A stretch of 64,000 nucleotides of DNA, taken from NCBI RefSeq assembly GCF_030503435.1, contig NZ_JAUKPO010000001.1, forward strand, positions 940,766 to 1,004,765. Direction: 5' to 3'. A program made the translations under genes and the position numbers. Shown here in pieces: positions 9,857 to 20,896 of this stretch; the first letter of the stretch is position 1; each line of letters starts with the position of its first letter. The DNA is from Rhodocytophaga aerolata (GTDB lineage: Bacteria > Bacteroidota > Bacteroidia > Cytophagales > 172606-1). The notes under the pieces were generated by a model, which searched no databases, was not told where the DNA came from, and was given only the letters and a program-made list of their open reading frames with translations.

Positions 9857-10093
9857 ACAAAAAATATAGGTATTAACGTGTAGTAGATCTTATATCATCC
9901 AAATATGATACCAAGTTGTGCGGGAGTTTTATTCTATATAACCTTATCCTGTATCTTTTATTGTATCTGCTTTGCAGCCAAATTTTTCTACGTCATTACA
10001 GTAAACAGCTGTTATCCTAACTTCCCGGCATACGTATACTAGTCATCCAATGACCTGCTTGCTCTTCATTCTCTTACTATTTTATGCCGAATT

Positions 10094-11170
10094 ATGACGC
10101 CAAATGACGAAAATGCTACATTACCAACATCTCAACGGCCTTTCCGTGTCTTGCTGATCTCTGGTTCTCAACGCAGACAATACAATTGCCCGGGGGTAGA
10201 TTCCAAATCCCGTACGCTTATGATGCGGATGGCCGAACAACTGCCACCGGACTGGGAAATAGACATGGAAGATCTGGCAAATGTATACGGACGAGAAAAA
10301 ATACAGCCTTGCAATGCTTGTGTATCTACCTCTATGGCTTTGTGTGTATGGCCCTGTAACTGCTATGAGAAGAATAATTCCAAAGAACCTGACTTGATGT
10401 GGAACCTGGATCTGTATAGCCGCCTGGATATGGCTGATTCCTGGGCTATTATTGGCCCGATTAACTGGTATGGGCCGCCCAGTAACCTTAAGCTAATGTT
10501 TGACAGATTAGTATGCATGAATGGCGGCAATCCCCAGGAAGACCTTATTGAGCACAAAGATCCTGAAAAGGCCATGGCTTTGGAACATACAGATCAATGG
10601 AAAGAACTTAGTGTAAATCACCTGGAGGGCCGTACAGCTGCTTTTTTCTGCTATGGCGATGGAGGCGGAGATGAGCTGGATGAAAGCGGCCGGCCAAAAC
10701 TACTGCAACATAAAAACTACTTTAACCCGGAAGCAGAACCTTTCGAAAATGATAGAGAAGCTTTTGCACCTTTAGTATGGCAGTGCCGCTACGGTGGAGT
10801 AGAAGTTCCCGACCATTTGTGGCAGTACAAAGAATTTGGTCATGGCAAAAAATACAGCGATAATCAGGCAGAAGATATGGTAAAAGAAACGGACGTAATG
10901 GCTCAGTTTGATCAATGGGTAGCTGATTTTGCTACATTCGTACAGAACAAAGGAAAAGTAGAACCAGGAAAATACAGGGCTTATGGCTATCAGGCTCCTG
11001 GCCATCAGTGGCGGGACGTCAAACTGGGTGTCCGTTATGCGCGTATGATGGCAGGCATTCCGCCTAAAGATTCATCTCCGTATGAGCAGCAACAGATGGA
11101 TTTAAACAAAGACCAGACTTTTTCACCCAAGAAGGGTGAAGGAGAGAAACTAAGAAAAAGGAAGAATTGA
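10094..11170 (+). CDS. Flavodoxin-like-fold protein (NAD(P)H-dependent FMN reductase / iron-sulfur-flavoprotein-like) with Cys cluster and long C-terminal extension
   Basis: VLLISGSQRR glycine-rich start of a flavodoxin fold. Cys cluster CNACVSTSMALCVWPCNC. 358 aa, longer than typical members. Confidence 0.4.
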   Translation: MTPNDENATLPTSQRPFRVLLISGSQRRQYNCPGVDSKSRTLMMRMAEQLPPDWEIDMEDLANVYGREKIQPCNACVSTSMALCVWPCNCYEKNNSKEPDLMWNLDLYSRLDMADSWAIIGPINWYGPPSNLKLMFDRLVCMNGGNPQEDLIEHKDPEKAMALEHTDQWKELSVNHLEGRTAAFFCYGDGGGDELDESGRPKLLQHKNYFNPEAEPFENDREAFAPLVWQCRYGGVEVPDHLWQYKEFGHGKKYSDNQAEDMVKETDVMAQFDQWVADFATFVQNKGKVEPGKYRAYGYQAPGHQWRDVKLGVRYARMMAGIPPKDSSPYEQQQMDLNKDQTFSPKKGEGEKLRKRKN

Positions 11171-11272
11171 AAGCTCTGGCAGCAAAGCATGGTTATTACA
11201 AAAAATATTTTAACTTTATTTGGGAAGGATAGTATAGTTCTTTTAGCAAATACCTACTTAAGATTTAAGCTC

Positions 11273-11305
11273 AAACCTGTTAGGCTTTGAAAACCTAACA
11301 GGTTT
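11273..11305 (+). terminator. Hairpin (12-bp stem), possible terminator
   Basis: aaacctgttagg ... cctaacaggttt, about 100 bp after the stop at 11170. Confidence 0.3.
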
Positions 11306-11570
11306 CTACTGTTTCTACTTGGGTAATCATTCTCTGTAAAAGCTATAAGTCTCATTCCTTCATCGCATCTTATTTGAATAGAACCCGTATACGGAATTGC
11401 TAAAGCTCGTTGAGCCTCTATAAAACTTTTTATGGGGATCAGGAAACATACTCCGAGCAAATATATACTGCTAGGGAAAGACTACTTGTTATACCTGTAT
11501 AGGAAATAACTGCCTTATGCAGGTTTTTTATTGAGTTTAATGCTTCAATATTTTTAAGATACAGATAGTT

Positions 11571-11897
11571 ATGAATGCAAAAAAAATGTTAACAGGCATA
11601 TTGGTTACAGCCATTACAGCTGCTTTTCAGGAGCAATTGCAAAACTTGTCAGAAAAGCAATCAAAGAAAATAAAGAAAAGAATTACAAAAGAAGCTAAAA
11701 AGTTAGCGAAGCGGTTTGCGGTATTTCTGAAGAAAAAGGAGAAAAAAGCCCTGAAAGCAGCAGGCGCTTTTACTTCCAAACTAACCGATAAAATAATCAC
11801 CAGTGTAGAAAAAACAGCTGATAAACTTGGGCAAACAGCGGCTAACACAACAGACACTTTAGTGAAAGGAGCTCAGAAAATACTTCCCAGTAAATAA
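11571..11897 (+). CDS. Small lysine-rich hypothetical protein with N-terminal hydrophobic segment
   Basis: 108 aa, K-rich (KKIKKRITKEAKKLAKR), with no recognisable domain. Coding status uncertain. Confidence 0.35.
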   Translation: MNAKKMLTGILVTAITAAFQEQLQNLSEKQSKKIKKRITKEAKKLAKRFAVFLKKKEKKALKAAGAFTSKLTDKIITSVEKTADKLGQTAANTTDTLVKGAQKILPSK

Positions 11898-11967
11898 CTG
11901 GCGAAATTTCCTCTAAGGTTTCTACTACCAATTACGCAACGGATAAAGGGGTTTACTTAAAGGTAAG

Positions 11968-12804
11968 CTATTGTTCAATTTTTTTAGAGAGGTCTTCCAG
12001 CATCTTCTTTTCCCGCTTGGTTAGTCCATCTATGCCTTTTTCGCTTACCTTTTCCAACAACCGGTTAAGCAACTCTTCATCATAATAGCTGGACTCGTAA
12101 TAGTCGTTTTTTGGTTTGCTCGTATATCCCCAATAATTTTCGATAAATAGTATTTCGGGCCGTTTCACTAGCAAAATCATAAAACCTATAAACGGCAGTA
12201 AGATTGAGGCAATAACTACGGGATAAATTTCCAGAATGATGGGTTCTATGGCAATAGAAATAAGTACCCCGGCAATAGCACCCCCTAAATGTGCCTCATG
12301 GCCAATGTTGCCAACCTGTGTTTTTATGCCATATATAGCCACTAACACGTAAAGTATACCAAACACCCAGCCCTGAATATGAAAGGGAAGAAAGGCAAAG
12401 GAAATTTCAGCTTCCGGAAACAGCACAATACTTGAAAAAATAACACCGCTAACTGCACCTGACGCGCCAATAGCCCGGTAATCGCCATGGTTCCGGTGTA
12501 TGAATAAAGCCAGAAGATTGCCTGCAATGAGGCAGCTAAAATATAAGAGCAGAAAATTCTTTAAGCCCAGGACATATCCCGTACCGGAACTGAATGAATA
12601 CAAGGCAGCCATGTTAAAGATTAAATGCCACCAGTTAGCATGCAAAAAACCGGAGCTTAACAGCCGGATATACTCTTTATGAATCAGAATAGCATCTACC
12701 TCAAATCCATATTTCTCGAAAAATGATTCGTCGCGGAAGCCTCTGTAAGATATAACGACTGTCGCCAGAATAAGCAGCAGGGAAATACTTTCAATATTAT
12801 TCAT
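11968..12804 (-). CDS. Rhomboid-family intramembrane serine protease
   Basis: GASGAVSGV (GxSG) catalytic motif, HANWWHLIFNM and a multi-TM core. C-terminal soluble tail. Confidence 0.8.
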   Translation of the reverse strand: MNNIESISLLLILATVVISYRGFRDESFFEKYGFEVDAILIHKEYIRLLSSGFLHANWWHLIFNMAALYSFSSGTGYVLGLKNFLLLYFSCLIAGNLLALFIHRNHGDYRAIGASGAVSGVIFSSIVLFPEAEISFAFLPFHIQGWVFGILYVLVAIYGIKTQVGNIGHEAHLGGAIAGVLISIAIEPIILEIYPVVIASILLPFIGFMILLVKRPEILFIENYWGYTSKPKNDYYESSYYDEELLNRLLEKVSEKGIDGLTKREKKMLEDLSKKIEQ

Positions 12805-12944
12805 AGGGAATCATCAGATTTTAGTAACTTTTGCACAAGCCCTATGTAATTTAATGAAAAGTTTTTCAATTCACCAATACCTGAAACTGACTTACCAGCG
12901 ATAAGCAGTAAGCCATAGAAAGCAGCCTGAACTCTTTAGGGTAT

Positions 12945-14339
12945 TTACACACTTTTTAATTCGCTCACCACTTTCGTCAGTGTAGACTTAGCATCGCCAA
13001 ATAGCATAAGGCAGTTTGGAAAGCCAAAAAGTTCATTTTCTATACCAGCATATCCGGCACCCATGCTGCGCTTACTTACAATAACAGTACGCGATTTATC
13101 GGCATTCAGAATAGGCATCCCATAAATCGGACTTTGTGGATTTGTGCGGGCAGCAGGATTTACTACATCATTAGCCCCAATAATCAGGGTGACATCTGTA
13201 TTAGAAAACTCATCGTTGATATCATCCATTTCTATGAGTTTATCATACGATACATTCGCCTCAGCCAGCAATACGTTCATGTGGCCAGGCATACGGCCAG
13301 CCACCGGATGTATGGCAAACTTTACGGATATGTTTTTCTTTTCCAGCAAATCGGTAAACTCACGTACTATGTGCTGTGCCTGCGCTACTGCCATGCCATA
13401 ACCGGGCACAATAATAACAGAGGAAGCAGAATCAAAGATCATGGCAGCTTCTTCAACACCCACTTCTTTTACTACAATATCTGATTTGCCTGCAACCCCG
13501 CTACTGCCCGATGTTTGCCCAAAACCTCCTAATAATACGCTTACCAGAGAGCGGTTCATGGCTTTACACATAATCTGGGTGAGAATAATACCAGATGCAC
13601 CAACCAAAGCCCCAGAAATAATTAACACCTGATTATTCAGAATAAACCCGGTAAAACAGGCAGCTACCCCCGAATAAGAATTCAACAAGGAAATTACTAC
13701 TGGCATATCAGCTCCGCCAATAGGAATAACGGTAAGTATACCCAGCAGCAGAGAAGCGCCTATCAGCATCATCATATATAAGTCATTATTGGGATCTAAA
13801 ATTACCATTACACTCAGTATGACGATACCCAAGAACAGTACGGCATTCAGCGGATGCTGTCCTCCAAAAGTAATGGCCTGTCCGTTTACTTTGCCACTTA
13901 ATTTACCATAGGCTACCAGAGACCCTGTAAGCGTAACCGCTCCGATAAAAACACTTAATACGACCCCAACACCAGTAACAATTGGCATTACAATATCAGC
14001 ATCGTGCACCATCCGCCAGTATTCGGAAGTGGCCACCAGTACCGAAGCGCCTCCACCAAAGCCGTTAAATAAGGCTACCATCTCCGGCATCTGGGTCATT
14101 TCTACTTTTTTTGCTACATACAATCCTACTGCCGATGCCAGAATAATGGTTGCAAAAATTTCTGTATAGCTTAGCACGTTCCGGTCGAGCAGGGTAACTA
14201 CTACAGCAATAAGCATAGCCAGCGCCGAATAGGTATTTCCCTGCCGGGCCGTAGAGGTTTTTCCCAGCATTTTTATGCCAACAACAAACAGAACAGAAGC
14301 AATCAGGTAAGCCAGTTGAATAAGTATGGTTCTATCCAT
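12945..14339 (-). CDS. pntB: NAD(P) transhydrogenase subunit beta
   Basis: 464 aa. Multi-TM N-terminus plus the C-terminal NADP(H)-binding dIII domain. Confidence 0.9.
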   Translation of the reverse strand: MDRTILIQLAYLIASVLFVVGIKMLGKTSTARQGNTYSALAMLIAVVVTLLDRNVLSYTEIFATIILASAVGLYVAKKVEMTQMPEMVALFNGFGGGASVLVATSEYWRMVHDADIVMPIVTGVGVVLSVFIGAVTLTGSLVAYGKLSGKVNGQAITFGGQHPLNAVLFLGIVILSVMVILDPNNDLYMMMLIGASLLLGILTVIPIGGADMPVVISLLNSYSGVAACFTGFILNNQVLIISGALVGASGIILTQIMCKAMNRSLVSVLLGGFGQTSGSSGVAGKSDIVVKEVGVEEAAMIFDSASSVIIVPGYGMAVAQAQHIVREFTDLLEKKNISVKFAIHPVAGRMPGHMNVLLAEANVSYDKLIEMDDINDEFSNTDVTLIIGANDVVNPAARTNPQSPIYGMPILNADKSRTVIVSKRSMGAGYAGIENELFGFPNCLMLFGDAKSTLTKVVSELKSV

Positions 14340-14430
14340 TAAATAGGTGTATTTGGAAAGTGAAGGTTAGAAAAAGAGGCAACTAGCATCCGCAGGATTT
14401 AAAAGCTGGAATGTGCGGAGCTTCCATCTA

Positions 14431-14724
14431 TTATTTTTTCTTTTTAAACATTTGCAACATGCGGTCGGTAACAGCATAGCCACCTACCACATTCAGGGTA
14501 GCTAAAAATAAGGCCACTATACCTAGTATTTTGCTGGTAGGAAAACTACCTGGCAGTGGTCCGGCACAGATTAGCGCCCCTACGATTGTAATACCGGAAA
14601 TGGCATTAGAGCCCGACATTAAGGGGGTATGCAAGGTAGGCGGAACTTTGGCAATCAACTCAAATCCCACAAAACTGGCTAGCACCAGTACATACAACAA
14701 AGCGATAAGTGTTTCTACAGACAT
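14431..14724 (-). CDS. pntAB: NAD(P) transhydrogenase subunit alpha part 2 (membrane)
   Basis: 97-aa membrane protein between pntAA and pntB. Confidence 0.85.
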   Translation of the reverse strand: MSVETLIALLYVLVLASFVGFELIAKVPPTLHTPLMSGSNAISGITIVGALICAGPLPGSFPTSKILGIVALFLATLNVVGGYAVTDRMLQMFKKKK

Positions 14725-14900
14725 GGGTATAATTTGAGAATTTGAAGATTAGAAAATTCAAAAATAAGTATGGACAGTTAGTGTTTGTTGATTAATCGTC
14801 AAAGTGCTTTATTCAGCAGTTACCACCATGCATTGATTTTTCTTGTTGGAAGTATACTATTTCAACAAGAAATTTTTCGCATGTCAGTATTCCCATAGCC

Positions 14901-16058
14901 TCATATTTTTTTCACTTCTGTTTGTTTACTTAGTATATCTTTTGTAAATGTATGCACCAGTTCCCCTTTGTGTGTTATTAGGCTACCCTTGGTAATTTCC
15001 TCCTCCATCTGCCATTTAAAGCCATCTTTGGTAGCCAGGTGTGACAACAAAGTACTGATATTTTTTGCATACAAATCACTTGCATTCATAGAGAGTTGTG
15101 CCGGCAGGTTGGATTCTCCGATAATGGTTACATCATACTTTACCACTTTCTGGTTCAGTTCGCTTAAGGCGCAATTACCACCAGATTCTACAGCCATATC
15201 TACAATTACGGCACCTGGTTTCATGGTTCTCACCATATCTTCTGTAATAAGCACCGGAGCTTTTTTTCCCATCACCAAAGCCGTTGTGATCACTAGATCT
15301 GCTTCGGCCACATGCTTGGAAACAAGTTCTTTCTGCTTCTGTAAATAGTCCGCAGATACTTCTCTGGCATACCCCCCTTCTGTTTTTACCCCCTCATCCG
15401 TTTTTACTTCCAGAAAACGGCCGCCTAATGACTCCACCTGTTCTTTTGTTTCAGGCCGTACATCCGTTACTTCTACTACGGCTCCCAGCCGCTTAGCTGT
15501 GGCAATGGCTTGTAAACCAGCTACACCTGCACCAAATATTAGTACTTTTGCTGGCGTAATGGTGCCGGCTGCTGTCATCATCAGCGGAAAGATTTTGGCT
15601 AAATAGTTAGCGCCTAATAATACCGCTTTGTACCCAGCCAGATTAGCCTGAGAACTCAATGCATCCATTTTCTGTGCCCGGGATATGCGGGGTACGGCAT
15701 CCATAGCAAAAGCAGAAACTTGTTTATCCATTAATGCTTGCACAATACCTGGCACCGTGTACGCATACAGAAAGGAAATCAGCACGGCGCCTGGTTTCAG
15801 CAGGTGAATTTCTTCGGGAGCAGGTGCGTTCACTTTCAATAAGATGTCTGCTTCTTGGTACAGTTCTGTTTTGGCAAGGACAATGGTAGCACCAGCTTTC
15901 TGGTAGGACTCATCCGGATAATTGGATTGGAAACCTGCACCAGTTTCAACCAAACAATTAAAGCCGGCTTTTACTAATGATTTTATAACATCGGGTGTAA
16001 GCGCTACCCTTTTCTCATATAACTTAGTTTCCTTGGGTACAGCTATTTTCAAAACCAT
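14901..16058 (-). CDS. pntAA: NAD(P) transhydrogenase subunit alpha part 1 (alanine-dehydrogenase-like dI domain)
   Basis: 385 aa. Rossmann motif GAGVAGLQAI. First gene in the pnt operon order. Confidence 0.9.
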   Translation of the reverse strand: MVLKIAVPKETKLYEKRVALTPDVIKSLVKAGFNCLVETGAGFQSNYPDESYQKAGATIVLAKTELYQEADILLKVNAPAPEEIHLLKPGAVLISFLYAYTVPGIVQALMDKQVSAFAMDAVPRISRAQKMDALSSQANLAGYKAVLLGANYLAKIFPLMMTAAGTITPAKVLIFGAGVAGLQAIATAKRLGAVVEVTDVRPETKEQVESLGGRFLEVKTDEGVKTEGGYAREVSADYLQKQKELVSKHVAEADLVITTALVMGKKAPVLITEDMVRTMKPGAVIVDMAVESGGNCALSELNQKVVKYDVTIIGESNLPAQLSMNASDLYAKNISTLLSHLATKDGFKWQMEEEITKGSLITHKGELVHTFTKDILSKQTEVKKI

Positions 16059-16203
16059 GCAGATTTAAAGTGACGGGAAAGTGAGTGCTTAGCCAAATTT
16101 TATAAATTCAAGCTAAGCGGCTAAAACAATTTTTGCTCAATATAATTTTTTTTGGATTTGTTTTACAGAATCTTCTAAAAATTTTCGCAAAAGAATAATT
16201 TCT

Positions 16204-17439
16204 TTAGAGAACAAACCCGGCCAGTAAACCTGCCAGAATAATAAATGGGTGAGGAATTTTGGTAAATACCAGTAAGCTAAAAGTACCCAAAACAATGCCT
16301 GCATTAATAGGGCTTTGCGCCATTGGCTGAAAAAGCAAAATGGCAGAGGTAGCAATAAGGCCAACACTGGCAGAGTTTATCCCTTCCAGGGAAGCACGAA
16401 TAACCCTGTACTGCTTCAGCTGATTCCAGAAGCGGTAAACGAAAAAGATAAGGAAGGTGCCGGGAAGAAAAATACCGGCTGTAGCCATAAAACTACCCAG
16501 CAACTCACCCCCTATTCCCCATTTACGCATAGATAAGGTTCCAATAAAGGCAGTAAATGAAAAAACCGGACCAGGTACCACTTGAGCTATTGCCAGGCCG
16601 GATAAAAACTCCTGGGAGGATAGATATTTTTTAAACTGGACAAATTCGGTAAATAACAGCGGAATTAATACTTGCCCGCCACCAAAAATAAAGCTGCCAT
16701 TCCGGTAAAAGTTCTCGAACAAGCGCATAGGTAACCATTTGGTAATTCCTCCGATAATGGCCGCTGCAAATGCTACTGATAAAAACAAAATAAAATTAGC
16801 CCATTGCACTTGTAATGGCTTTTTTTCAACCAGACGTTCATGCTTTTTGTACTGAGAGGCCGTAACCAATCCACCGGCCAGTAAAATAAGCGGGGTTACC
16901 CAGGGAGATTGTAAAAAATACGTAATAATGGCAGCTAAGGCAGCCAGCAGTACACTGGTTTTATTCTGAATAACTTTTAACCCTATTTTATAGCCGGCAT
17001 AAATCATAAACCCTACGGCCATTGGTTGTATGAAGCGGGTAAAATTAAGTGGTATATTATGTTGATGCAGGTAAGAAATACTCAGGCCCATTATAGTCAT
17101 AATACTAACCGCAGGGGCTATCCAGACCAGTAAGGTAAGATAGGCCAAGTTAGGCCCACCTACTTTAAATCCAATGGCAGTAATGGTTTGGGTGGAAGTG
17201 GGGCCGGGAAGTATCTGACAGAGAGCATTCAATTCAATTAGTTCTGCTTCTGTCAGGTACTTCCGCTTACAGACCATGTATTTTAAGAGCATAGCCATAT
17301 GAGCTTGTGGTCCGCCAAAGGCTCCCAAAGCTAAAATGAGTACGTCTTTGAGAAAAATGTAATACCGGATGCGTCCTACGTGTGTAGGAGGTAACAAGGT
17401 TGGTGGAGTAATTGAACGGGTTACACGCTCCAGATACAT
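16204..17439 (-). CDS. chrA: Chromate transporter ChrA (CHR family, duplicated domain)
   Basis: 411 aa. GGPQAHMAM and FGGGQVLIPL motifs in two homologous halves. Confidence 0.75.
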   Translation of the reverse strand: MYLERVTRSITPPTLLPPTHVGRIRYYIFLKDVLILALGAFGGPQAHMAMLLKYMVCKRKYLTEAELIELNALCQILPGPTSTQTITAIGFKVGGPNLAYLTLLVWIAPAVSIMTIMGLSISYLHQHNIPLNFTRFIQPMAVGFMIYAGYKIGLKVIQNKTSVLLAALAAIITYFLQSPWVTPLILLAGGLVTASQYKKHERLVEKKPLQVQWANFILFLSVAFAAAIIGGITKWLPMRLFENFYRNGSFIFGGGQVLIPLLFTEFVQFKKYLSSQEFLSGLAIAQVVPGPVFSFTAFIGTLSMRKWGIGGELLGSFMATAGIFLPGTFLIFFVYRFWNQLKQYRVIRASLEGINSASVGLIATSAILLFQPMAQSPINAGIVLGTFSLLVFTKIPHPFIILAGLLAGFVL

Positions 17440-17448
17440 TCAGTATAG

Positions 17449-18420
17449 TTATTTTTTCAGACCTATTTCTGCTAGCCGTTGCATAAGAAATTCGCCGGCT
17501 GTAATGTCAGAATATTGTTTGGGATGCTGAGCATCTATACAATTTTCCAGGCAAGTTAAATCCATTTCTGAACGGGGATGCATAAAGAAAGGGATAGAAT
17601 ACCGGGATGTGCCCATTTTTTCTCTGGGTGGATTTACTACCCGGTGTATCGTAGATTTTAATTTATTATTGGTAAGCCTGTCGAGCATATCCCCCACGTT
17701 TACCACAATCTGTTCAGGCAGGGCTGTTATGGGTATCCATTTACCATCGCGGCGCAGTACCTGTAAACCATCGGCACTAGCTCCCATCAGTAAAGTAATC
17801 AGGTTAATGTCGCCATGGGCTGCGGCACGGACGGCATCTGCTGGTATGGCATCCGGGTTCTCAATGGGATAGTAGTGAATGGCTCTTAAGATACTATTTC
17901 CATTTTTTATTTTATCGTCAAAATAAAATTCATCCAGATTCAGATAGAGGGCAATGGCACGTAACATTTGTTTGCCGGCGTTTTCCAGGCGGCGGTACAC
18001 ATCCAGGCTCACTTCCCGCATTTCAGGAAATTCCTTTGGAAAAACATTAACCGGATATTCGTTTTTTATCGGATCATTATCAGTCACCTCCTGGCCAATA
18101 TGATAAAACTCTTTCAGGTCTCCGGTGCTACGGCCTTTGGCATGTTCTCTTCCTTTGGGAGTATAACCTCTTTGCCCGTTCAGGCCGGGTATGTCATATT
18201 GCAACTTCAGTTCGTCGGGCGACTGAAAAAAACGTTTAATAATCGCATATAAGCGGTCTGTCAATTCATCGGAAAGGCCATGGTTTTTAATGGCAACAAA
18301 CCCAATATTGTTGAATGCTTCGCCTAATTGTTTGACAAAATTCGTTTTTTGTGTAGCATCTCCGGACGTAAAATGAGATAAATCCAGAGAGGGAACTTCA
18401 CTATATAATATCTGGCTCAT
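17449..18420 (-). CDS. 2-oxoglutarate/Fe(II)-dependent oxygenase (isopenicillin-N-synthase-like)
   Basis: 323 aa. DIOX_N-like N-terminus and an HxD...H facial triad region (HYYP, HGDINLITLL). Confidence 0.75.
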   Translation of the reverse strand: MSQILYSEVPSLDLSHFTSGDATQKTNFVKQLGEAFNNIGFVAIKNHGLSDELTDRLYAIIKRFFQSPDELKLQYDIPGLNGQRGYTPKGREHAKGRSTGDLKEFYHIGQEVTDNDPIKNEYPVNVFPKEFPEMREVSLDVYRRLENAGKQMLRAIALYLNLDEFYFDDKIKNGNSILRAIHYYPIENPDAIPADAVRAAAHGDINLITLLMGASADGLQVLRRDGKWIPITALPEQIVVNVGDMLDRLTNNKLKSTIHRVVNPPREKMGTSRYSIPFFMHPRSEMDLTCLENCIDAQHPKQYSDITAGEFLMQRLAEIGLKK

Positions 18421-18630
18421 GTGGTAAAATTATTGCCGCAAGTTAAGCAGAAAATACCTAAGTACTTACTAGAACTCTCTATAAACGCCTTTGCCATGCC
18501 TGGCCAGGAATGACGACGGGTTGGCCTCAAGGAACATTCTCAGTCAATTTCACTCAAAACGTAACTACCGTTCTTTACAGAAAAAATCTATCACAAAATA
18601 TATAATTAAACACAAAAACAATACTAAAAC

Positions 18631-18672
18631 CAAAAAAATAAAAGCCTGGTACAGTTTGTACAACAGGCTTTT
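18631..18672 (-). terminator. Hairpin plus A/T run downstream of sodC
   Basis: aaagcctggtacag...tgtacaacaggcttt with a flanking A-run (T-run on the minus strand). Confidence 0.4.
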
Positions 18673-18701
18673 ATCAGGTAATGTACGTAAAATCAGTGCA
18701 A

Positions 18702-19349
18702 TTATTTCATAGTGATCACACCGCAACCAACACGGTCACCGGCATTGCCGGCAGGCTGCGACTTGTAATCGTCTGCTTTGGCATGCACAATAATGGCTTT
18801 GTTAATAATGTTTACTGTTGTATCAGCCCCACCTATTTTCCACTCGTTTACAGTTAGTTCCAGCTTGCCTTTTCCATCTTGTCCCACTTCCATGTTAGGC
18901 ATATCGCCAGCGTGGTGCTGTCCTTCGCCGCGTTTGCCATGTGGATTTTTAGTTGGGTTCCAATGTGGTCCGGCAGAAGTAGCATCAGGTTTGCTGCAAT
19001 CGCCATTCTGGTGCAAATGCACAGCATGTGGGCCCGGAGTGGCATTTTCTACAGTTAATACAAGTTTCACACTTCCACCAGTTTCAGTAAAAGTTGCTTT
19101 TCCGGTTAGTCCGCTTCCGCTGGCAGAAGCAATAGTAGCTTCAGCTGTTTTTCCGGCAGCCATCATAGCACCTTCGCCTTCAGCCATCATTCCGGTAGTG
19201 GTGTCAGCTGTTGAATTAGCACCTACGGTAGCATCCGTGGATTGTTCATTGGTATTATCCTGATCTACAGACCGGGTTTCACTACCTCCGCAAGAAGCCA
19301 AAAGTGAGCAAAGGGCAACAGCAGAAAAGAAGGATGTTATTTTGTTCAT
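18702..19349 (-). CDS. sodC: Cu/Zn superoxide dismutase, lipoprotein
   Basis: Lipobox LASCGG. Copper/zinc ligand histidines (HAVHLHQNGDCS, HWNP, GDRVGCGVI). Confidence 0.85.
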   Translation of the reverse strand: MNKITSFFSAVALCSLLASCGGSETRSVDQDNTNEQSTDATVGANSTADTTTGMMAEGEGAMMAAGKTAEATIASASGSGLTGKATFTETGGSVKLVLTVENATPGPHAVHLHQNGDCSKPDATSAGPHWNPTKNPHGKRGEGQHHAGDMPNMEVGQDGKGKLELTVNEWKIGGADTTVNIINKAIIVHAKADDYKSQPAGNAGDRVGCGVITMK

Positions 19350-19471
19350 AAACGTGGTTTTAGGTTTGTAACTAATAAAATGTGCTGCAATTTATAGCAA
19401 ATACATATATCATATACTGATCCTTACTCCTTTTTGTTTATCTAAAACTCAATCCTTTATGTTAGTTTATA

Positions 19472-20038
19472 TTATTCTTTATTTTCGATCAGGCGCACTA
19501 GCTCATTATACCAGCTTTCACCGTATTGGCGGATCAGGGGTTCTTTCAGAAATTTATATAGAGGTACCCCCAGTTTACGTCCATGTTTGCAGGCAGCATT
19601 ACAAATATCCCAGCGGTGGTAGTTAATTGCATGGTAATCTTCATATTTGGTAATGCGAATGGGATATAAGTGGCAAGATATAGGTTTTTTGTATGAAATT
19701 TTGCCATCCAGATAAGCCTGCTCTATACCACATTTAAGTATGCCTTTTTTATCATAAATAGCAAAAGCACATTCTTTATGGTTAATAGTAGGCGTAGAGT
19801 AGTCGCCTTCAAAATCTTTTATATATACCCCTTGCTCTTCAATAGCTTTCCGGCCTTTGGCAGACAAATAGGGTTTTACGTCTTCGTAAATTTGTTCCAA
19901 TATAGCTAATTCTTCTTCTTCCAGCGGCGCTCCCAGGTCGCCTTCCACACAGCAGGCACCTTTGCATTTGTCCAGGTCACACACAAAAAATTGATCAGCG
20001 ATATCGTCGCTGATACAGGTCTTGTCTAATACAATCAT
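19472..20038 (-). CDS. Cysteine-rich hypothetical protein (DUF3109-like)
   Basis: 188 aa with multiple CxxC-type pairs (CKGACC, CNAAC). The family assignment comes from memory and is not verified. Confidence 0.4.
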   Translation of the reverse strand: MIVLDKTCISDDIADQFFVCDLDKCKGACCVEGDLGAPLEEEELAILEQIYEDVKPYLSAKGRKAIEEQGVYIKDFEGDYSTPTINHKECAFAIYDKKGILKCGIEQAYLDGKISYKKPISCHLYPIRITKYEDYHAINYHRWDICNAACKHGRKLGVPLYKFLKEPLIRQYGESWYNELVRLIENKE

Positions 20039-20261
20039 AGGATAAAAACAGTCAACAAAGCTACCAACAAAACCAGCGGCATAATAATTCTTCTACCTAA
20101 AATTTGGTTGAAAATACAGCGTACATCCTGTACGAATCAGGCAAATGATAAATATAATTAACTTTGCATGCGCCAATTTTTAAGCTGTTCACGGATGTGT
20201 TTCTGCATCTAATGGTTTATATTAGCTGTATTATCCGGAATCAGCGATAATTTACTTCGTT

Positions 20262-20813
20262 ATGGAAAAGAATCTGCTTCTTTTTATCGGTTGTATTGGT
20301 TTACTAGCAGGTATGCACGTGCTAAGTGCCTGTGCTGAAAAAAGAGAGACCTCAACAATAGTTGCTGAACAAGCGCCAGCTGATCATTCTCTCCTCAATG
20401 AAGCTACGGAAGAAAAGCTGGATAACCTGTTAACAGATTATGTAGCTGATATGAAAAGTGCTCTGGCCGAGCTAGATGATAAGAAAGCAGCTGCTAAAAT
20501 ACAACGAATGAAGGGGCAATACAGTACGCGGATTGAAGAACTGCAAGCCGAATTAGAAACCTGGGAAAATTCTCTTTCAGAAGAAGAAGTGCGAACTTTT
20601 CAACAGCGGATGGAAAACAAGCCGTATTTTAAAGATCTCTTCGCCACCAGCCTTTCAGCTATGGGCCGGATGACCAAAAGCCCGGAGCTTCGCAAAGCCT
20701 TTGAAGAGCTCAACTCTACTATGAATTTTATTAATGAAGATTTAAATCCGGAAGAAGTCACCGGAGAAGAATATCCGGAAGATATGGTGGAGAAAGAAAA
20801 TAAGCAGAAATAA
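20262..20813 (+). CDS. Hypothetical coiled-coil lipoprotein
   Basis: Signal peptide with lipobox LSAC and an acidic coiled-coil body. Confidence 0.5.
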   Translation: MEKNLLLFIGCIGLLAGMHVLSACAEKRETSTIVAEQAPADHSLLNEATEEKLDNLLTDYVADMKSALAELDDKKAAAKIQRMKGQYSTRIEELQAELETWENSLSEEEVRTFQQRMENKPYFKDLFATSLSAMGRMTKSPELRKAFEELNSTMNFINEDLNPEEVTGEEYPEDMVEKENKQK

Positions 20814-20896
20814 AGGTATCCGTAAGTTCTTACAAACAACTCTATCTCAAACTACCCAACTTAAAAACAGGTAGTGACAGACTCCTGGTGAGGCTT

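Noticed and set aside
16137-16367. 76-aa ORF overlapping the 3' end of chrA
   Set aside because: It is an alternative frame within the chrA C-terminal region. ChrA continues in-frame to 16204.
18491-18712. 73-aa ORF in the sodC downstream region
   Set aside because: It is an AT-rich, K/N-rich low-complexity translation of intergenic DNA and overlaps the predicted sodC terminator.
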